Part shown: in pieces, positions 21,708-34,341 of the stretch
Position numbering within the stretch: the first letter of the stretch is position 1
How the letters are laid out: each line of letters begins with the position of its first letter
Origin: Candidatus Tenderia electrophaga
GTDB taxonomy: Bacteria; Pseudomonadota; Gammaproteobacteria; Tenderiales; Tenderiaceae
Direction of reading: 5' to 3'
DNA: 64,000 bases
Assembly: GCA_001447805.1 (NCBI GenBank)
Contig: CP013099.1
Location: 3,524,235-3,588,234, forward strand
Position numbers and translations under genes: made by a program
The notes under the pieces: generated by a model
The model's database searches: none
The model's input: only the letters and a program-made list of their open reading frames with translations
Told to the model about the DNA's origin: nothing

Positions 21708-21737
21708 CCGCCGCCCCAACCGACCCTGGAGGTTTTC

Positions 21738-23189
21738 ATGAGTGACACTTTCGACATCGCCCGCACGGTCATCCTGCAACCCGCCGCCATGGACGAGGCG
21801 CAGTTGGAGGGGGTGTTGGGCAACATCATGGGCCACCGCGTCGACTATGCCGACCTCTATTTCGAGACCAGTCGCTTCGAGTCCTGGTCCCTGGAAGACG
21901 GCATCGTCAAGGACGGCGGTTACAGTATCGAGCGCGGCGTCGGCGTACGCGCGGTAAGCGGTGAGAAGACCGGTTTCGCCTACTCCGACGAGATCTTTTT
22001 GCCGGCCCTGACCGAATCGGCCCTGGCCGCGCGCGCCATCGCCCGCAGCGGCGCGCAGGGCAGCCTCAAGGCCTGGTCCGGTCAGCCCGCGGTGCACTCG
22101 CTGTATAGCAGCCTGCAGCCCTTCGACAGCCTGTCGGAACAGGACAAGGTGGCCCTCATGGAGGCGGCCGACGCCGCGGCCCGCGCCCAGGATCCGCGCG
22201 TCAAGCAGGTCATGGTGAGCCTGGTGGGGACCCATAAAGTGGTATTGGTGGCCGCCAGCGACGGCACCCTGGCGGCGGATGTGCGCCCGCTGGTGCGCAT
22301 GAGCGTATCGGTGGTGGTGGAGGAGAACGGCCGCCGTGAGCAGGGCTCAAGCGGCGGCGGGGCGCGCCTCGATTACCGCTTTTTCAGCGACGCCGAGGCG
22401 CGCGGCCTGGGCTATGCCCGCGAGGCGGTGCGCCAGGCGCTGGTGAATCTGGAGGCCAAGGACGCCCCTGCCGGCAGCATGCAGGTAGTGCTGGGCCCGG
22501 GCTGGCCGGGGGTGCTGCTGCACGAGGCGGTGGGGCACGGCCTGGAGGGTGACTTCAACCGCAAGGGCACCTCGGCCTTTTCCGGCCGCCTCGGTCAGCA
22601 GGTGGCCTCGGAGTTGTGCACCGTGGTGGACGACGGCACCCTGCTCAACCGCCGCGGCTCGCTCAACATGGACGATGAGGGCACGCCCACCCAGTGCACC
22701 ACCTTGATCGAAAACGGCATTCTCAAAGGCTATATCCAGGACAAGATGAACGCCCGCCTGATGGGCGGCGTTTCCACCGGTAACGGCCGGCGCGAATCTT
22801 ACGCCCATCTGCCCATGCCGCGTATGACCAATACCTATATGCTGGCCGGCGAGCATGACCCGCAGGAGATCATCGCCTCGGTGGACAAGGGCCTGTACGC
22901 GGTCAACTTCGGCGGCGGCCAGGTAGACATCACCTCGGGCAAGTTCGTGTTCTCCGCCAGCGAGGCCTATATGATCGAAAACGGCAAGGTCACCCATCCG
23001 GTCAAGGGCGCCACTCTGATCGGCAACGGCCCGGACGCGCTCACCCGGGTGGGCATGGTAGGGAATGACCTGAAGCTGGACGAGGGGGTGGGCACATGCG
23101 GCAAGGAAGGCCAGAGCGTGCCGGTGGGCGTAGGCCAGCCGACCATGCGTATCGACGGGCTGACCGTGGGCGGGACGTCGGCCGGCTAG
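21738..23189 (+). CDS. tldD: Metalloprotease TldD
   Basis: 483 aa TldD/PmbA family with [11 protein letters not shown]. Synteny after yhdP. Confidence 0.9.
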   Translation: MSDTFDIARTVILQPAAMDEAQLEGVLGNIMGHRVDYADLYFETSRFESWSLEDGIVKDGGYSIERGVGVRAVSGEKTGFAYSDEIFLPALTESALAARAIARSGAQGSLKAWSGQPAVHSLYSSLQPFDSLSEQDKVALMEAADAAARAQDPRVKQVMVSLVGTHKVVLVAASDGTLAADVRPLVRMSVSVVVEENGRREQGSSGGGARLDYRFFSDAEARGLGYAREAVRQALVNLEAKDAPAGSMQVVLGPGWPGVLLHEAVGHGLEGDFNRKGTSAFSGRLGQQVASELCTVVDDGTLLNRRGSLNMDDEGTPTQCTTLIENGILKGYIQDKMNARLMGGVSTGNGRRESYAHLPMPRMTNTYMLAGEHDPQEIIASVDKGLYAVNFGGGQVDITSGKFVFSASEAYMIENGKVTHPVKGATLIGNGPDALTRVGMVGNDLKLDEGVGTCGKEGQSVPVGVGQPTMRIDGLTVGGTSAG

Positions 23190-23689
23190 TGGTCCTTGAG
23201 CATGTCTCGTAACAAACGGAACAGGCTGCGCGCCGACGTCGGCGGTTTACCCTGTTTGGCCTCGCGCTGGGCGTTGAGCATGAGCTGGCGCAGTTGTTGG
23301 CGGTCCGCCTGCGGCTGTTGACCGACGAACTCATCCAGGGCAGGCTGGCCCTCGGCGAGAATACGGTCGCGCCAGTGTTCCACGGCGTGAAAGCGGGCGC
23401 TGGATTGCTGGCCGGTGAGGCGGATGGCCTCCAGGGCCTGCTGGATCGGTTCGGGATCGACGTTGCGCATCAGCCGGCCGATGAACTGCAACTGTCGTTT
23501 CAGCGCGCCGTGGCTGTTGATGCTGCGCGCCTGGGCCACGGCCTCGGCCAGCTCGTCGGGCAGGGGAATCTTGGCCAGGTCCTTGGGCGGGAGTTCGACG
23601 ACGGCCTTGCCCAACGCCTGCAGCGCGTGCATTTCGCGCTTGAGTTGGGATTTGCTTTTGGGGAGTTCCGCATCGTCTTCGTCGTGCAT
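23186..23689 (-). CDS. yjgA: Ribosome-associated protein YjgA (DUF615 / DarP)
   Basis: Strong colinear similarity to E. coli YjgA ([16 protein letters not shown]…[11 protein letters not shown]…DRQQLRQL…[15 protein letters not shown]). Divergent to pmbA as in E. coli. Start set at M49 (23689). Confidence 0.8.
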   Translation of the reverse strand: MHDEDDAELPKSKSQLKREMHALQALGKAVVELPPKDLAKIPLPDELAEAVAQARSINSHGALKRQLQFIGRLMRNVDPEPIQQALEAIRLTGQQSSARFHAVEHWRDRILAEGQPALDEFVGQQPQADRQQLRQLMLNAQREAKQGKPPTSARSLFRLLRDMLKDH

Positions 23690-23779
23690 GGGCGCTAAGG
23701 TAGCGCAGTCATGCCGAAAAATACAGCAGCGCATGGTGTGCGCGGCGCACCCGACATTCAAAGCAGTGGGAGCAAGACA

Positions 23780-25132
23780 ATGGCGCAAACGCCGGTAATC
23801 AAAAATTCGGTTTACAGCCAGGCACAGTTGCAAGCGTTGGTGGAACAGATTCTGGCCGAGGCCAAACAGCTGGGCGCCAGCGCGGCCGAGGCGGCGGTAA
23901 GCCTGGAGTCGGGCCTATCGGTGAACGTGCGCCTGGGCGAGGTGGAAACCGTCGAGCATAATCACGACAAGGGGCTGGGGGTGACGGTCTATTTCGATCG
24001 TCGTAAGGGCTCGGCCAGTACCACTGATTTCGGCCAGGAGGCAATTCGCGACACCGTCGCCGCCGCCTGCCGCATCGCGCGCTACACCGCTGAAGATCCC
24101 TATGCGGGTTTGGCGGATGCCGCATTGATGGCCGGGGAAGTGATTGATCTCGATCTCAATCATCCCTGGGACATCGCCCCGGAACGGGCCATCGAACTGG
24201 CCCTGGAGAGCGAGGCGGTGGCGCGCGACTATGACGCGCGCATCACCAATTCCGAGGGCGCCAGTGTCAGCAGTCATCAGGCCTTTCGCGTCTACGGCAA
24301 CAGCCACGGTTTTGTCGGCGGCTACGGCGGCACACGCCACGGGGTGAGCTGCTGTGTCATCGGCCAGCAAGGCGACAACATGCAGCGCGATTATTGGTAC
24401 AGCTCCGCGCGCGATGCCTGCAGCCTGGAGGCGCCCGATATCGTCGGCCGCAAGGCCGCCGAGCGCACCGTGAAACGCCTCGGTGCGCGGCGTATGAAGA
24501 CGCGCCAGGCGCCGGTGATCTTCGCCGCCGAACAGGCCGGCGGTTTAGTGTCCGGTTTTCTCGGCGCCATTCGCGGCAGCGCCCAGTACCGCAATTCTTC
24601 TTATTTGCTTAACAGCATCGGCGAGCAGGTGTTTCCGGGGTTCGTCCGTATCGACGAGCGACCGTTGTTGCCGTGCGGTCTCTACAGCGCACCCTTTGAT
24701 CGCGAAGGGGTGGCCACCCGCGATCGTGACCTGGTCAGCGATGGTGTAGTGCAGGGCTATATCCTGGACAGTTATGCCGCGCGCCGTCTCGACATGCAGA
24801 CCACGGCCAATGCCGGCGGCACCCGCAATGTGTTTATCTCCCATGGCGATAAGGATCTGCAGGCCCTGTGTCGTGAAATGGATACCGGCCTGTTGATCAC
24901 CGACATGATGGGGCACGGTACCAACATGGTCACCGGCGATTATTCGCGCGGCGCGGCGGGGTATTGGATCGAGGGCGGTGAAATTCAATACCCGGTGGAG
25001 GAATTGACCGTGGCGGGCAACCTGAAACAGATGTTCAAGGATATAATCGCCATCGGCAATGATGTAGACTTGCGCGGCAATGTGCGCAGCGGTTCCATTC
25101 TTATCGACACCATGACCATCGCCGGCGAATAG
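23780..25132 (+). CDS. pmbA: Metalloprotease PmbA (TldE)
   Basis: PmbA/TldD family. ATG at 23780 with GGGAG RBS. Confidence 0.85.
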   Translation: MAQTPVIKNSVYSQAQLQALVEQILAEAKQLGASAAEAAVSLESGLSVNVRLGEVETVEHNHDKGLGVTVYFDRRKGSASTTDFGQEAIRDTVAAACRIARYTAEDPYAGLADAALMAGEVIDLDLNHPWDIAPERAIELALESEAVARDYDARITNSEGASVSSHQAFRVYGNSHGFVGGYGGTRHGVSCCVIGQQGDNMQRDYWYSSARDACSLEAPDIVGRKAAERTVKRLGARRMKTRQAPVIFAAEQAGGLVSGFLGAIRGSAQYRNSSYLLNSIGEQVFPGFVRIDERPLLPCGLYSAPFDREGVATRDRDLVSDGVVQGYILDSYAARRLDMQTTANAGGTRNVFISHGDKDLQALCREMDTGLLITDMMGHGTNMVTGDYSRGAAGYWIEGGEIQYPVEELTVAGNLKQMFKDIIAIGNDVDLRGNVRSGSILIDTMTIAGE

Positions 25133-25150
25133 ATCTTCGACCACTCAATC

Positions 25151-25981
25151 ATGACGGATGACAATAATCACAACAGCGACGATGTGCTGGTCAAGATTCG
25201 CGGCCTGAGTTTCAAGCGCGGTGCGCGCATGATCTTCGACAATATCGACCTGGATATCCAGCGTGGCAAGGTGACCGCCATCATGGGGCCCAGCGGTACC
25301 GGGAAAACGACCTTGCTGCGCCTGATCGGCGGGCAGTTGCGTCCCGATGCGGGCACGGTGGAGGTGGACGGCGAGAACGTGCATCGTCTGTCCCAGACGG
25401 CGCTGTACACGCTGCGCAAGCGCATGGGCATGCTGTTTCAAAGCGGCGCCCTGCTGACCGATCTCGATGTCTATGACAACATCGCCTTTCCCATCCGCGA
25501 ACACACTGAGCTGCCGGAAGAATTGATCCGCGACCTGGTGCTGATGAAGCTGGAGGCGGTGGGGCTGCGCGGCGCGCGTGAGCTGCAGCCCAGTGAACTC
25601 TCGGGCGGCATGGCACGGCGCGTCGCTCTGGCGCGCGCTATCGCCCTGGACCCCATGATGATCATGTACGATGAGCCGTTTACCGGCCAGGATCCCATCT
25701 CCATGGGCGTCATCGTGCAACTGATCCGTAAACTCAATGACGCCCTCGGCCTGACCAGCGTGATCGTCTCTCATGATGTGTCCGAGACCTCGGCCATCGC
25801 CGATTATGTCTACGTGCTGTCGGGCGGCAAGGTGATGGGCAAGGGCTCGCCCGATGAACTGGAACGTTCCGATTCCGACTGGGTGCAGCAATTCATCCAC
25901 GCCGAGCCGGACGGCCCGGTGCCGTTCCACTATCCGGCGCCCGATTATGTCGAGGATCTGATGACAGGGGCGCCGGACTGA
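25151..25981 (+). CDS. mlaF: Phospholipid ABC transporter ATP-binding protein MlaF
   Basis: Walker [10 protein letters not shown] and ABC signature [14 protein letters not shown]. First gene of the mla cluster. Confidence 0.85.
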   Translation: MTDDNNHNSDDVLVKIRGLSFKRGARMIFDNIDLDIQRGKVTAIMGPSGTGKTTLLRLIGGQLRPDAGTVEVDGENVHRLSQTALYTLRKRMGMLFQSGALLTDLDVYDNIAFPIREHTELPEELIRDLVLMKLEAVGLRGARELQPSELSGGMARRVALARAIALDPMMIMYDEPFTGQDPISMGVIVQLIRKLNDALGLTSVIVSHDVSETSAIADYVYVLSGGKVMGKGSPDELERSDSDWVQQFIHAEPDGPVPFHYPAPDYVEDLMTGAPD

Positions 25982-26754
25982 TGCAGTGGCTGCGCAATCT
26001 GGGCCGTTCCGGGCTCGGCTTTTTCGAGCGCCTGGGGCGCGGCCATTTATTTTTTCTGTCCCTGATCGCCGGTCTGCCGAGTTTGCTGCCACGCCTGCGC
26101 CTGCTGTTGCAGCAAATGTATTCAGTGGGCGTACTGTCGCTGTTGATCATCGTCGTCGCCGGCCTCTTTGTCGGCATGGTGCTGGGTCTGCAGGGCTACA
26201 ATACCCTGGTGGATTTCGGTGCCGAGGAGTCCCTCGGCGTCATGGTGGCCCTGTCCTTGGTGCGCGAGTTGGGGCCGGTGGTTACGGCCCTGCTGTTCGC
26301 CGGTCGCGCCGGCTCGGCCCTGAGCGCCGAGATCGGTCTGATGAAGGCCACCGAGCAGCTCTCCGGCATGGAGATGATGGCGGTGGACCCCATCAAGCGC
26401 GTGGTGGTGCCGCGCTTCGTCGCCGGTATGTTGTCCATGCCTTTGCTGGCGGCCATCTTCAGCGCCGTCGGCGTGATGGGCGGTTATTTCGTCGGTGTCG
26501 GTCTGCTGGGGGTGGACAGCGGCGCCTTCTGGTCGCAGATTCAGGACCGCGTGGATTTTTATGAGGACGTGGGCAACGGTGTCATCAAGAGTCTAGTCTT
26601 CGGTGTGGTGGTGACCTGGATCGCCGTATTCGAAGGTTACGACAGCGTACCCACCTCGGAAGGGGTGGCGCGGGCCACCACCCATACCGTGGTGCACGCC
26701 TCGCTGGCGGTGCTGGGACTGGATTTTGTCTTGACCGCATTGATGTTTGATTAA
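25981..26754 (+). CDS. mlaE: Phospholipid ABC transporter permease MlaE
   Basis: 257-aa multi-TM permease; ATGA overlap with mlaF. Confidence 0.85.
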   Translation: MQWLRNLGRSGLGFFERLGRGHLFFLSLIAGLPSLLPRLRLLLQQMYSVGVLSLLIIVVAGLFVGMVLGLQGYNTLVDFGAEESLGVMVALSLVRELGPVVTALLFAGRAGSALSAEIGLMKATEQLSGMEMMAVDPIKRVVVPRFVAGMLSMPLLAAIFSAVGVMGGYFVGVGLLGVDSGAFWSQIQDRVDFYEDVGNGVIKSLVFGVVVTWIAVFEGYDSVPTSEGVARATTHTVVHASLAVLGLDFVLTALMFD

Positions 26755-26765
26755 AGGAACAGCTT

Positions 26766-27239
26766 ATGTTTCAAAACAAAAATGTAGAGATTCTGGTGGG
26801 CATCTTCATCGCCGCCGGCCTCGGCGCCTTGTTCGTGCTGGCCATGAAGGTCAGCAATCTGAGCGAGTTCGGCGAGGAGGGCGGCTATCCGCTCATCGCC
26901 CGCTTCGACAATATCGGCGGTCTCAAGGAGCGCTCGCCGGTGACCATGGCCGGGGTGCGCATCGGCCGGGTGGAACAGATCGGCTTTGATGAACAGACCT
27001 TCGAGGCGGTGGTGACACTCAAGATCCGGGAGCAGTATGACCAGCTGCCGGAGGATACCAGCGCCAGCATTTTCACCTCCGGCCTGTTGGGTGAACAGTA
27101 TGTGGCCTTGGAGGCGGGCGGTTCCATGGATAACATGCAGCCCAATGATGAATTCAAGATCACCCAGTCGGCCTTGGTGTTGGAAGAACTGATCGGTCAG
27201 TTCCTGTTTAAGGCGGCGGGAGGAGGCGGCAGCGAGTGA
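26766..27239 (+). CDS. mlaD: MCE-domain periplasmic substrate-binding protein MlaD
   Basis: N-terminal TM segment followed by an MCE domain; 157 aa. Confidence 0.85.
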   Translation: MFQNKNVEILVGIFIAAGLGALFVLAMKVSNLSEFGEEGGYPLIARFDNIGGLKERSPVTMAGVRIGRVEQIGFDEQTFEAVVTLKIREQYDQLPEDTSASIFTSGLLGEQYVALEAGGSMDNMQPNDEFKITQSALVLEELIGQFLFKAAGGGGSE

Positions 27240-28585
27240 GAACGTGTTTGGCATTGCTCTGCCTGAGTCTGGCCCTGCCGGCGGCGGCGGAGACCCTCGA
27301 CCTGGATCAGGCCATCGAGCGTGCCCTGAACAGCGATCCGCGCATTGAAGAGCGGCGTCACTTCGTTGCCGCGGCGCGCGGCCAGTTGGAAGAGGTGGAA
27401 GGCCATGGCGGCTGGTTTGTGGAGAGCAACAGTTTTCTCGCCCTGGCGCCGCAGATCGAGGGCAGTATCTTCGAGAACGGCGGCTGTACGCCGGGCAATT
27501 GCGAGCTGCGCGACGACCGCTATGAATTCAGAGGCGCCTCGCTGTGGTTGAAGATCGATCTGGCCCTGCTCAAGCCGCTGCACACCTTCGGCAAGTTGGA
27601 AAACTACTCTGATGCGGCCCAGGCCAACATCCGTATCAAGGATCAGGATGTGCAGTTGCAACGCAATGCCACCGTGCTGGATGTGAAAAAGGCCTACTAC
27701 GGCTACCTGGCGGCGCGCGACGGGCGCCTGGTGTTGGAGGACGTGGAAAAACGTCTGCAGGGGGCCATCGACTTGGTGCAAGGGTGGCTGGACCAAGGCG
27801 AGGGCGAGGTCAGGCAATCCGATCTCTACGCCCTGCAGTCCGGGCGGGCCCTGGTGGCCAAATACAAGGCCCAGTCCGCGGCCTTGGAAAAGGTGGCGCT
27901 GGGCGGCCTCAAGGTGCTCACCGGCATCTCCCAGGACGAGACGCTGGAGCTGGCCGACCGCCGTATTCGCCCGGTGGAATTGCCGGGTGGCAGCATGGAG
28001 GAATTGCAGTCCCAGGCCATGCGTCAGCGCCCCGAGATGGCGCAGTTGGAGGCCGGCATGGCGGCGCGCCGCGCCCTGGTGGCGGCGAATAAATCCACCA
28101 GCAATCCCGATCTGTACGCCGGGGTGGCGGCCACCCTGTCCTATGCGCCCGAGCGCAACCGGCTGGAGAACCCCTATATCTATGACCCGTTCAATGAGGC
28201 GGGCATGACGCCGCTGATCGGTCTGCGCTGGAACTGGAACCCGGGCGTCGCCGACGGCAAGATCACCAGCGCCGAGGCCGAATTGAACGCCTTGATCGCC
28301 AAGTCTTCCTTTGCCCGCAAGGGTATTCCATACCAGGTGGCGGAGCAGTATTACCAGGTACAGGGTTACCACAAGGCGGTGCAGCGTCTGGAAGAGGCCA
28401 GCCGCTCGGCGCGGCGCTGGATGATCGCCAGCTATACCGATTTCGAAGCCGGCCTGGAAAAGGCGGAAAAGATCATGACCGCCATGCAGGCCTACGTGTT
28501 GGCCATGACCGATTATTTGCAAACCACCTTTGAATACAACATGCATGTGGCACGTCTGGAAGATGCCGCGGGGAAGACGCCATGA
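27236..28585 (+). CDS. TolC-family outer membrane efflux protein embedded in the mla operon
   Basis: 449 aa. Signal peptide, then the canonical TolC N-terminus (ETLDLDQAIERALNSDPRIE). GTG start overlaps the mlaD stop (GTGA) and the stop overlaps the mlaC start (ATGA). Confidence 0.75.
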   Translation: MRTCLALLCLSLALPAAAETLDLDQAIERALNSDPRIEERRHFVAAARGQLEEVEGHGGWFVESNSFLALAPQIEGSIFENGGCTPGNCELRDDRYEFRGASLWLKIDLALLKPLHTFGKLENYSDAAQANIRIKDQDVQLQRNATVLDVKKAYYGYLAARDGRLVLEDVEKRLQGAIDLVQGWLDQGEGEVRQSDLYALQSGRALVAKYKAQSAALEKVALGGLKVLTGISQDETLELADRRIRPVELPGGSMEELQSQAMRQRPEMAQLEAGMAARRALVAANKSTSNPDLYAGVAATLSYAPERNRLENPYIYDPFNEAGMTPLIGLRWNWNPGVADGKITSAEAELNALIAKSSFARKGIPYQVAEQYYQVQGYHKAVQRLEEASRSARRWMIASYTDFEAGLEKAEKIMTAMQAYVLAMTDYLQTTFEYNMHVARLEDAAGKTP

Positions 28586-29190
28586 AACGATTGATGACGA
28601 TTTTTGCGCTGCTGTTGAGTTTGACAGCGGCGCCCGTGTGGGCCGCCCAGTCGGCGCAGGAGCTGGTCAGGCAGACCTCCGAACGCATGCTGAGCACGCT
28701 CAAGCAGGAACAGGCGGTGATCAAAAACAATCCCGAGCGTATCTATGAGCTGGTCAATAAGATCGTCTTGCCCCATTTCGATTTTGAATACATGTCGCAG
28801 TTGGTGCTGGGCAAGTACTGGCGCCGCGCCTCGGCGCAGCAGCGCGACGCCTTTACCGAGGAGTTCAAACAACTGCTGGTGCGCACCTACGCCACTTCGC
28901 TGAATGAATACACCGACCAGGAGATCAGCTTTCTGCCCTTTAGGGAAGGTGGTGATCCGGAGCAGGCCCAGGTGCGCACCGAGGTGGAGCAGCCCGGCGG
29001 TTTCCCCATTCCCATTGATTACAAGCTGCATAAGAGCGGTGACGCGTGGAAGGTGTTCGATGTGGTGATCGACGGCGTCAGCCTGGTGACCAACTATCGC
29101 AGCAGTTTCTCCAAAGAGATCCGCCAGGGCGAACTGGACGGCCTCATCGCCACCCTCAGGCAGCGTAACCAGGACGTAATGAAAAAGTGA
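28582..29190 (+). CDS. mlaC: Periplasmic phospholipid-binding protein MlaC
   Basis: Signal peptide plus the MlaC/Tgt2 fold. Position is mlaD-x-mlaC-mlaB. Confidence 0.85.
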   Translation: MKRLMTIFALLLSLTAAPVWAAQSAQELVRQTSERMLSTLKQEQAVIKNNPERIYELVNKIVLPHFDFEYMSQLVLGKYWRRASAQQRDAFTEEFKQLLVRTYATSLNEYTDQEISFLPFREGGDPEQAQVRTEVEQPGGFPIPIDYKLHKSGDAWKVFDVVIDGVSLVTNYRSSFSKEIRQGELDGLIATLRQRNQDVMKK

Positions 29191-29495
29191 GTGCCGCCCA
29201 ACAGCTCAAACGGCAGGCGCCGGGGGCGTTCAGCCTCGGCGGCGAGTTGAGCTTCGCCACCGTGCCCGATCTGGTGGGCGCCGGCGCGCGCCTGTTTGAC
29301 GACGCCGCCGAGGTGGAAGTGGACCTGGCCGAGGTGGGCCGCAGCGACAGCGCCGGCCTGGCCCTGCTGGTGAGCTGGATGCGCCTGGCGCGGCGTCACG
29401 ACAAGCGACTCAGTTTTCATCAGGTGCCCGAGCAGTTGGTGGGCCTGGCCAAGGTCAGCGGTGTGGCCCAGCTGCTCGCCCTGGAAACGCCTTAA
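29187..29495 (+). CDS. mlaB: STAS-domain protein MlaB
   Basis: 102-aa STAS domain, overlapping the mlaC stop. Confidence 0.75.
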   Translation: MSAAQQLKRQAPGAFSLGGELSFATVPDLVGAGARLFDDAAEVEVDLAEVGRSDSAGLALLVSWMRLARRHDKRLSFHQVPEQLVGLAKVSGVAQLLALETP

Positions 29496-29582
29496 TAAAA
29501 CCGCCCATTCAGGGTATCCTATGCGGTTCCTGATTTTTCGAATCCGGGACTTTTTCGGGATTCACAACGGACGCGCAAGCAG

Positions 29583-29825
29583 ATGCAAGCACAACAGATC
29601 AAACAGATGATAGAGACAGGCCTGCCCGGCAGTGAGGTGCAGGTGTTGGGTGACGACGGTCAGCATTTTGATGCCGTCGTGGTGTCCGAGGCCTTTAATG
29701 GCAAGACCATGGTGCAGCAGCACCAGCTGGTCTACGCCACCCTGGCGGGGCGCATGGAGAGTGGCGCGATCCACGCCCTGGGCTTGAAGACCTATACGCC
29801 AGAGGCGTGGTCCAAGGCGCAATAG
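29583..29825 (+). CDS. ibaG: BolA-family protein IbaG/YrbA
   Basis: 80-aa BolA-like protein immediately upstream of murA, as in E. coli and Pseudomonas. Confidence 0.75.
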   Translation: MQAQQIKQMIETGLPGSEVQVLGDDGQHFDAVVVSEAFNGKTMVQQHQLVYATLAGRMESGAIHALGLKTYTPEAWSKAQ

Positions 29826-31085
<1,260 letters not shown>

Positions 31086-31097
31086 GGATTGACTGAC

Positions 31098-31751
31098 GTG
31101 AGTAGTAATAGTCTGACCATTGCCGTTTCCAAGGGCCGCATCTTCAAGGATGCCCTGCCCTTGCTGGATGGCGCCGGCATCGTGCCCAGGGATGATCCGG
31201 AGCGGAGTCGCAAGCTGATCCTGGATACCAGCCGCGACGATGTCAAACTGGTGTTGATCCGCGCCTCCGACGTGCCTACCTATGTGGACTACGGCGCCGC
31301 CGATATCGGCATCGCCGGCAAGGACGTGCTGATGGAGTACGAGGGCGACGGCCTCTACGAGTTGCTGGATTTGAAGATCGCGCGCTGCAGGCTGATGGTG
31401 GCCGGGCCGGCGGACGGGGCGCGGGATTCCGGCCACGGTCTGCGTGTCGCCACCAAATATGTCAATTCGGCGCGCCGGTATTTCGCCAGCCAGGGCAAGC
31501 AGGTCGAGATCATCAAGCTCTACGGCTCCATGGAGCTGGCGCCGCTGGTGGGCTTGGCCGACCGCATCGTCGACGTGGTCGACACCGGCAACACCCTCAA
31601 GGCCAACGGCCTGAAACCGCTGGAGCACATCGCCGACATCAGCTCGCGCCTGATCGTCAACAAGGCATCCATGAAGATGAAGCATGCCGCTGTGAAACAG
31701 TTTATCGATGACGTGGCCCGCAGTGTGGCCAGATTCAATCCGGATGAATAA
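31098..31751 (+). CDS. hisG: ATP phosphoribosyltransferase, short form (HisZ-dependent)
   Basis: [10 protein letters not shown]…[23 protein letters not shown] at 31098 is preferred over the track's TTG at 31089 on RBS spacing grounds. Confidence 0.8.
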   Translation: MSSNSLTIAVSKGRIFKDALPLLDGAGIVPRDDPERSRKLILDTSRDDVKLVLIRASDVPTYVDYGAADIGIAGKDVLMEYEGDGLYELLDLKIARCRLMVAGPADGARDSGHGLRVATKYVNSARRYFASQGKQVEIIKLYGSMELAPLVGLADRIVDVVDTGNTLKANGLKPLEHIADISSRLIVNKASMKMKHAAVKQFIDDVARSVARFNPDE

Positions 31752-31762
31752 GGGAGACTCTG

Positions 31763-33070
31763 ATGACTTCCGTTAGCGTGAAACGCTTGACGACCCAGGA
31801 CGAAAACTTCTGGTCCGAACTGGACGGGTTGCTGGCCTGGGAGGGCGTCTCGGACGAGCAGGTGGCCGGGGCGGTGAAGGAGATCCTCACCAACGTACGG
31901 CGCCGCGGCGACGAGGCGGTGGTGGACTACACCAATCGTTTCGACCGCATGTCGGTGCAGTCCATGGACGAGCTGGACATCCCTCAGGCACGTATGCAAG
32001 AGGCCTTGGCGCGCATGCCGGCCGACGAGCGCAAGGCCTTGGAATTTTCCACCCAGCGCCTGTTCGCCTATCACGAATACCAGCGCGCCGAGTCCTGGTC
32101 CTACACCGAGCCCGACGGCACCCTGCTGGGCCAGAAGGTGACACCGCTGGACCGCGTCGGCCTCTACGTGCCCGGCGGCAAGGCCAGTTATCCATCATCG
32201 GTATTGATGAATGCGGTGCCGGCCAAGGTGGCGGGGGTGGAGGAGATCATTATGGTGGTGCCCACCCCGGACGGTGAGATCAACGACATGGTGCTGGCGG
32301 CGGCCGCCCTCGTCGGTGTCGACCGCGCCTTTGCCATCGGCGGCGCCCAGGCGGTGGCGGCATTGGCCTACGGCACCGACACGGTGCCCCAGGTGGACAA
32401 GATTGTCGGCCCGGGCAATATCTACGTCGCCACGGCCAAGGGTATGGTGTTCGGCACGGTCGGTATCGACATGATCGCCGGTCCGTCCGAGATCCTGGTG
32501 GTGTGCGACGGCGCCACCGACCCTGATTGGGTGGCCATGGACCTGTTCTCCCAGGCCGAGCACGATGAAGACGCCCAGTCTATCCTGGTCTCGCCCGACG
32601 CCGCGTTTCTGGACAAAGTGCAGCAAAGCATCGACAGGCTGCTGCCGGAGATGGAGCGCGAGGCCATCATCCGCCAGTCCCTGGAGGCGCGCGGTGCCCT
32701 GGTGCTGGTGGAGAATTTGGAGGAGGCCGCCCGAGTGGTCAACTACGTCGCCCCCGAGCACCTGGAGCTGTCGGTGGAGGATCCGGACGAACTACTGGAA
32801 AACATCCGCCACGCCGGGGCCGTATTCATGGGTCGCTACACCGCCGAGGCGGTGGGCGACTACTGCGCCGGGCCCAACCACGTGCTGCCCACCTCGCGCA
32901 CGGCGCGCTTCTCCTCGCCGCTGGGGGTGTATGACTTTCAGAAGCGCTCCAGCCTGATCATGTGTTCGCCCGCCGGCGCCGCCTCGCTGGGCCGGTATGC
33001 CTCCACCTTGGCGCGTGGCGAGGGTCTGACGGCCCATGCCCGCTCGGCGGAGTACCGCATGAAAAAATAG
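31763..33070 (+). CDS. hisD: Histidinol dehydrogenase
   Basis: 435 aa; AAGGGAG RBS. Confidence 0.9.
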   Translation: MTSVSVKRLTTQDENFWSELDGLLAWEGVSDEQVAGAVKEILTNVRRRGDEAVVDYTNRFDRMSVQSMDELDIPQARMQEALARMPADERKALEFSTQRLFAYHEYQRAESWSYTEPDGTLLGQKVTPLDRVGLYVPGGKASYPSSVLMNAVPAKVAGVEEIIMVVPTPDGEINDMVLAAAALVGVDRAFAIGGAQAVAALAYGTDTVPQVDKIVGPGNIYVATAKGMVFGTVGIDMIAGPSEILVVCDGATDPDWVAMDLFSQAEHDEDAQSILVSPDAAFLDKVQQSIDRLLPEMEREAIIRQSLEARGALVLVENLEEAARVVNYVAPEHLELSVEDPDELLENIRHAGAVFMGRYTAEAVGDYCAGPNHVLPTSRTARFSSPLGVYDFQKRSSLIMCSPAGAASLGRYASTLARGEGLTAHARSAEYRMKK

Positions 33071-33123
33071 CGTCGGGGCTTAATCTTTGAGTAAAATGCT
33101 TGTATAAATTAGAGAACACCAAT

Positions 33124-34224
33124 ATGGCATCGGTAATCGTGGATAAAAAAGACGAAAAGATCATTCATTTGATCCGGCCCGATGTGCAGAAGGCGCAGAT
33201 CAATCGCGTGCCCCCCACCCGCGGGCTGATCAAGTTGGATGCCATGGAGAGCCCCTATCCCTGGCCCGCCTATCTGCGCGGCGAGTGGCTGGAGGAAATG
33301 CAGGGAGTGACCTTAAACCGTTATCCCGATCCCCAGTCCACCGAACTCAAGGCGGCGCTGCGCCAGGTATTCGACATTCCGGCCAATATGGATCTGATGC
33401 TGGGCAATGGCTCCGATGAACTGATCCAGATCATCAACCTGGCCCTGGCCGGGGCGGGACGCAAGGTGATGGCGGCGCTGCCCACCTTTTCCATGTTCCA
33501 GATGATTGCCACCTATGTGGGCATGGACTTCGTCGGCGTGCCCTTGCGCGAGGATGATTTCTCCCTCGATATGCCCGCCATGCTGGCGGCGGTGGAAAAA
33601 CATCGCCCCGCGGTGATCTATCTGGCCTACCCCAATAATCCTACCGGTAATTTGTTCGCCGAGGACGAAATCGTGCGTCTGGCCCAGGCCAGTCACGGCC
33701 TGGTGGTGGTGGATGAATCCTATTTGGCCTATGCCGGCGTCAGCGTCATGGAACGACTGCAGCACCACGATAATCTGCTGATCATGCGCTCGCTGTCCAA
33801 GATGGGTCTGGCCGGACTGCGCCTGGGGTATCTGGTGGGACATAATAAGTGGATCAGTCAGCTTGAGCGGCTGCGTCTGCCCTTCAATATCAACGTACTG
33901 ACCCAGTTTACCGCCGAGTTTGCGCTGAATTATTATGATGTGTTCCTGGAGCAGGTGGAACAGATCCGCCGCGACCGTATCTGGGTGGCGGAAAACATGC
34001 GTCGCCTGCAGGGTGTGAGGGTATTTCCCTCCGAGACCAATTTCATTCTGTTCCGGGTGGCGCAGGGCCGCGGTGACGCCATCGATGCCAGCCTGAGAGA
34101 AAAGGGCGTTCTGTTGAAAAACCTCAATAACAGCGATCCGCTGCTGCACGACTGCCTGCGCGTCACCATCGGTAAGCCCAGCGAAAATGTGGCCTTTCTG
34201 TCGGCGCTGACCTCGTCACTGTGA
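33124..34224 (+). CDS. hisC: Histidinol-phosphate aminotransferase
   Basis: Class-II aminotransferase (pyridoxal-phosphate lysine in SLSKMGLAGLRLGY). I use ATG 33124 rather than the track's TTG 33100. Confidence 0.85.
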   Translation: MASVIVDKKDEKIIHLIRPDVQKAQINRVPPTRGLIKLDAMESPYPWPAYLRGEWLEEMQGVTLNRYPDPQSTELKAALRQVFDIPANMDLMLGNGSDELIQIINLALAGAGRKVMAALPTFSMFQMIATYVGMDFVGVPLREDDFSLDMPAMLAAVEKHRPAVIYLAYPNNPTGNLFAEDEIVRLAQASHGLVVVDESYLAYAGVSVMERLQHHDNLLIMRSLSKMGLAGLRLGYLVGHNKWISQLERLRLPFNINVLTQFTAEFALNYYDVFLEQVEQIRRDRIWVAENMRRLQGVRVFPSETNFILFRVAQGRGDAIDASLREKGVLLKNLNNSDPLLHDCLRVTIGKPSENVAFLSALTSSL

Positions 34225-34341
34225 GCGGTCTCGCTTCAAACGGGGCGCGTTTGCGGGTATCCTGGCGGTTTCTATCTGGCTGACTTTAATTAAGTTCGTT
34301 CATGACGGGCGCTGATCGTCCGTATTTGGAGATGTTTGCAA

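Noticed and set aside
29496-29582. Inverted repeat GAATCCGGGA…TCGGGATTC upstream of ibaG.
   Set aside because: A short imperfect stem (6 bp) with no adjacent U-tract or recognisable operator consensus. It could be checked later but is not distinctive.
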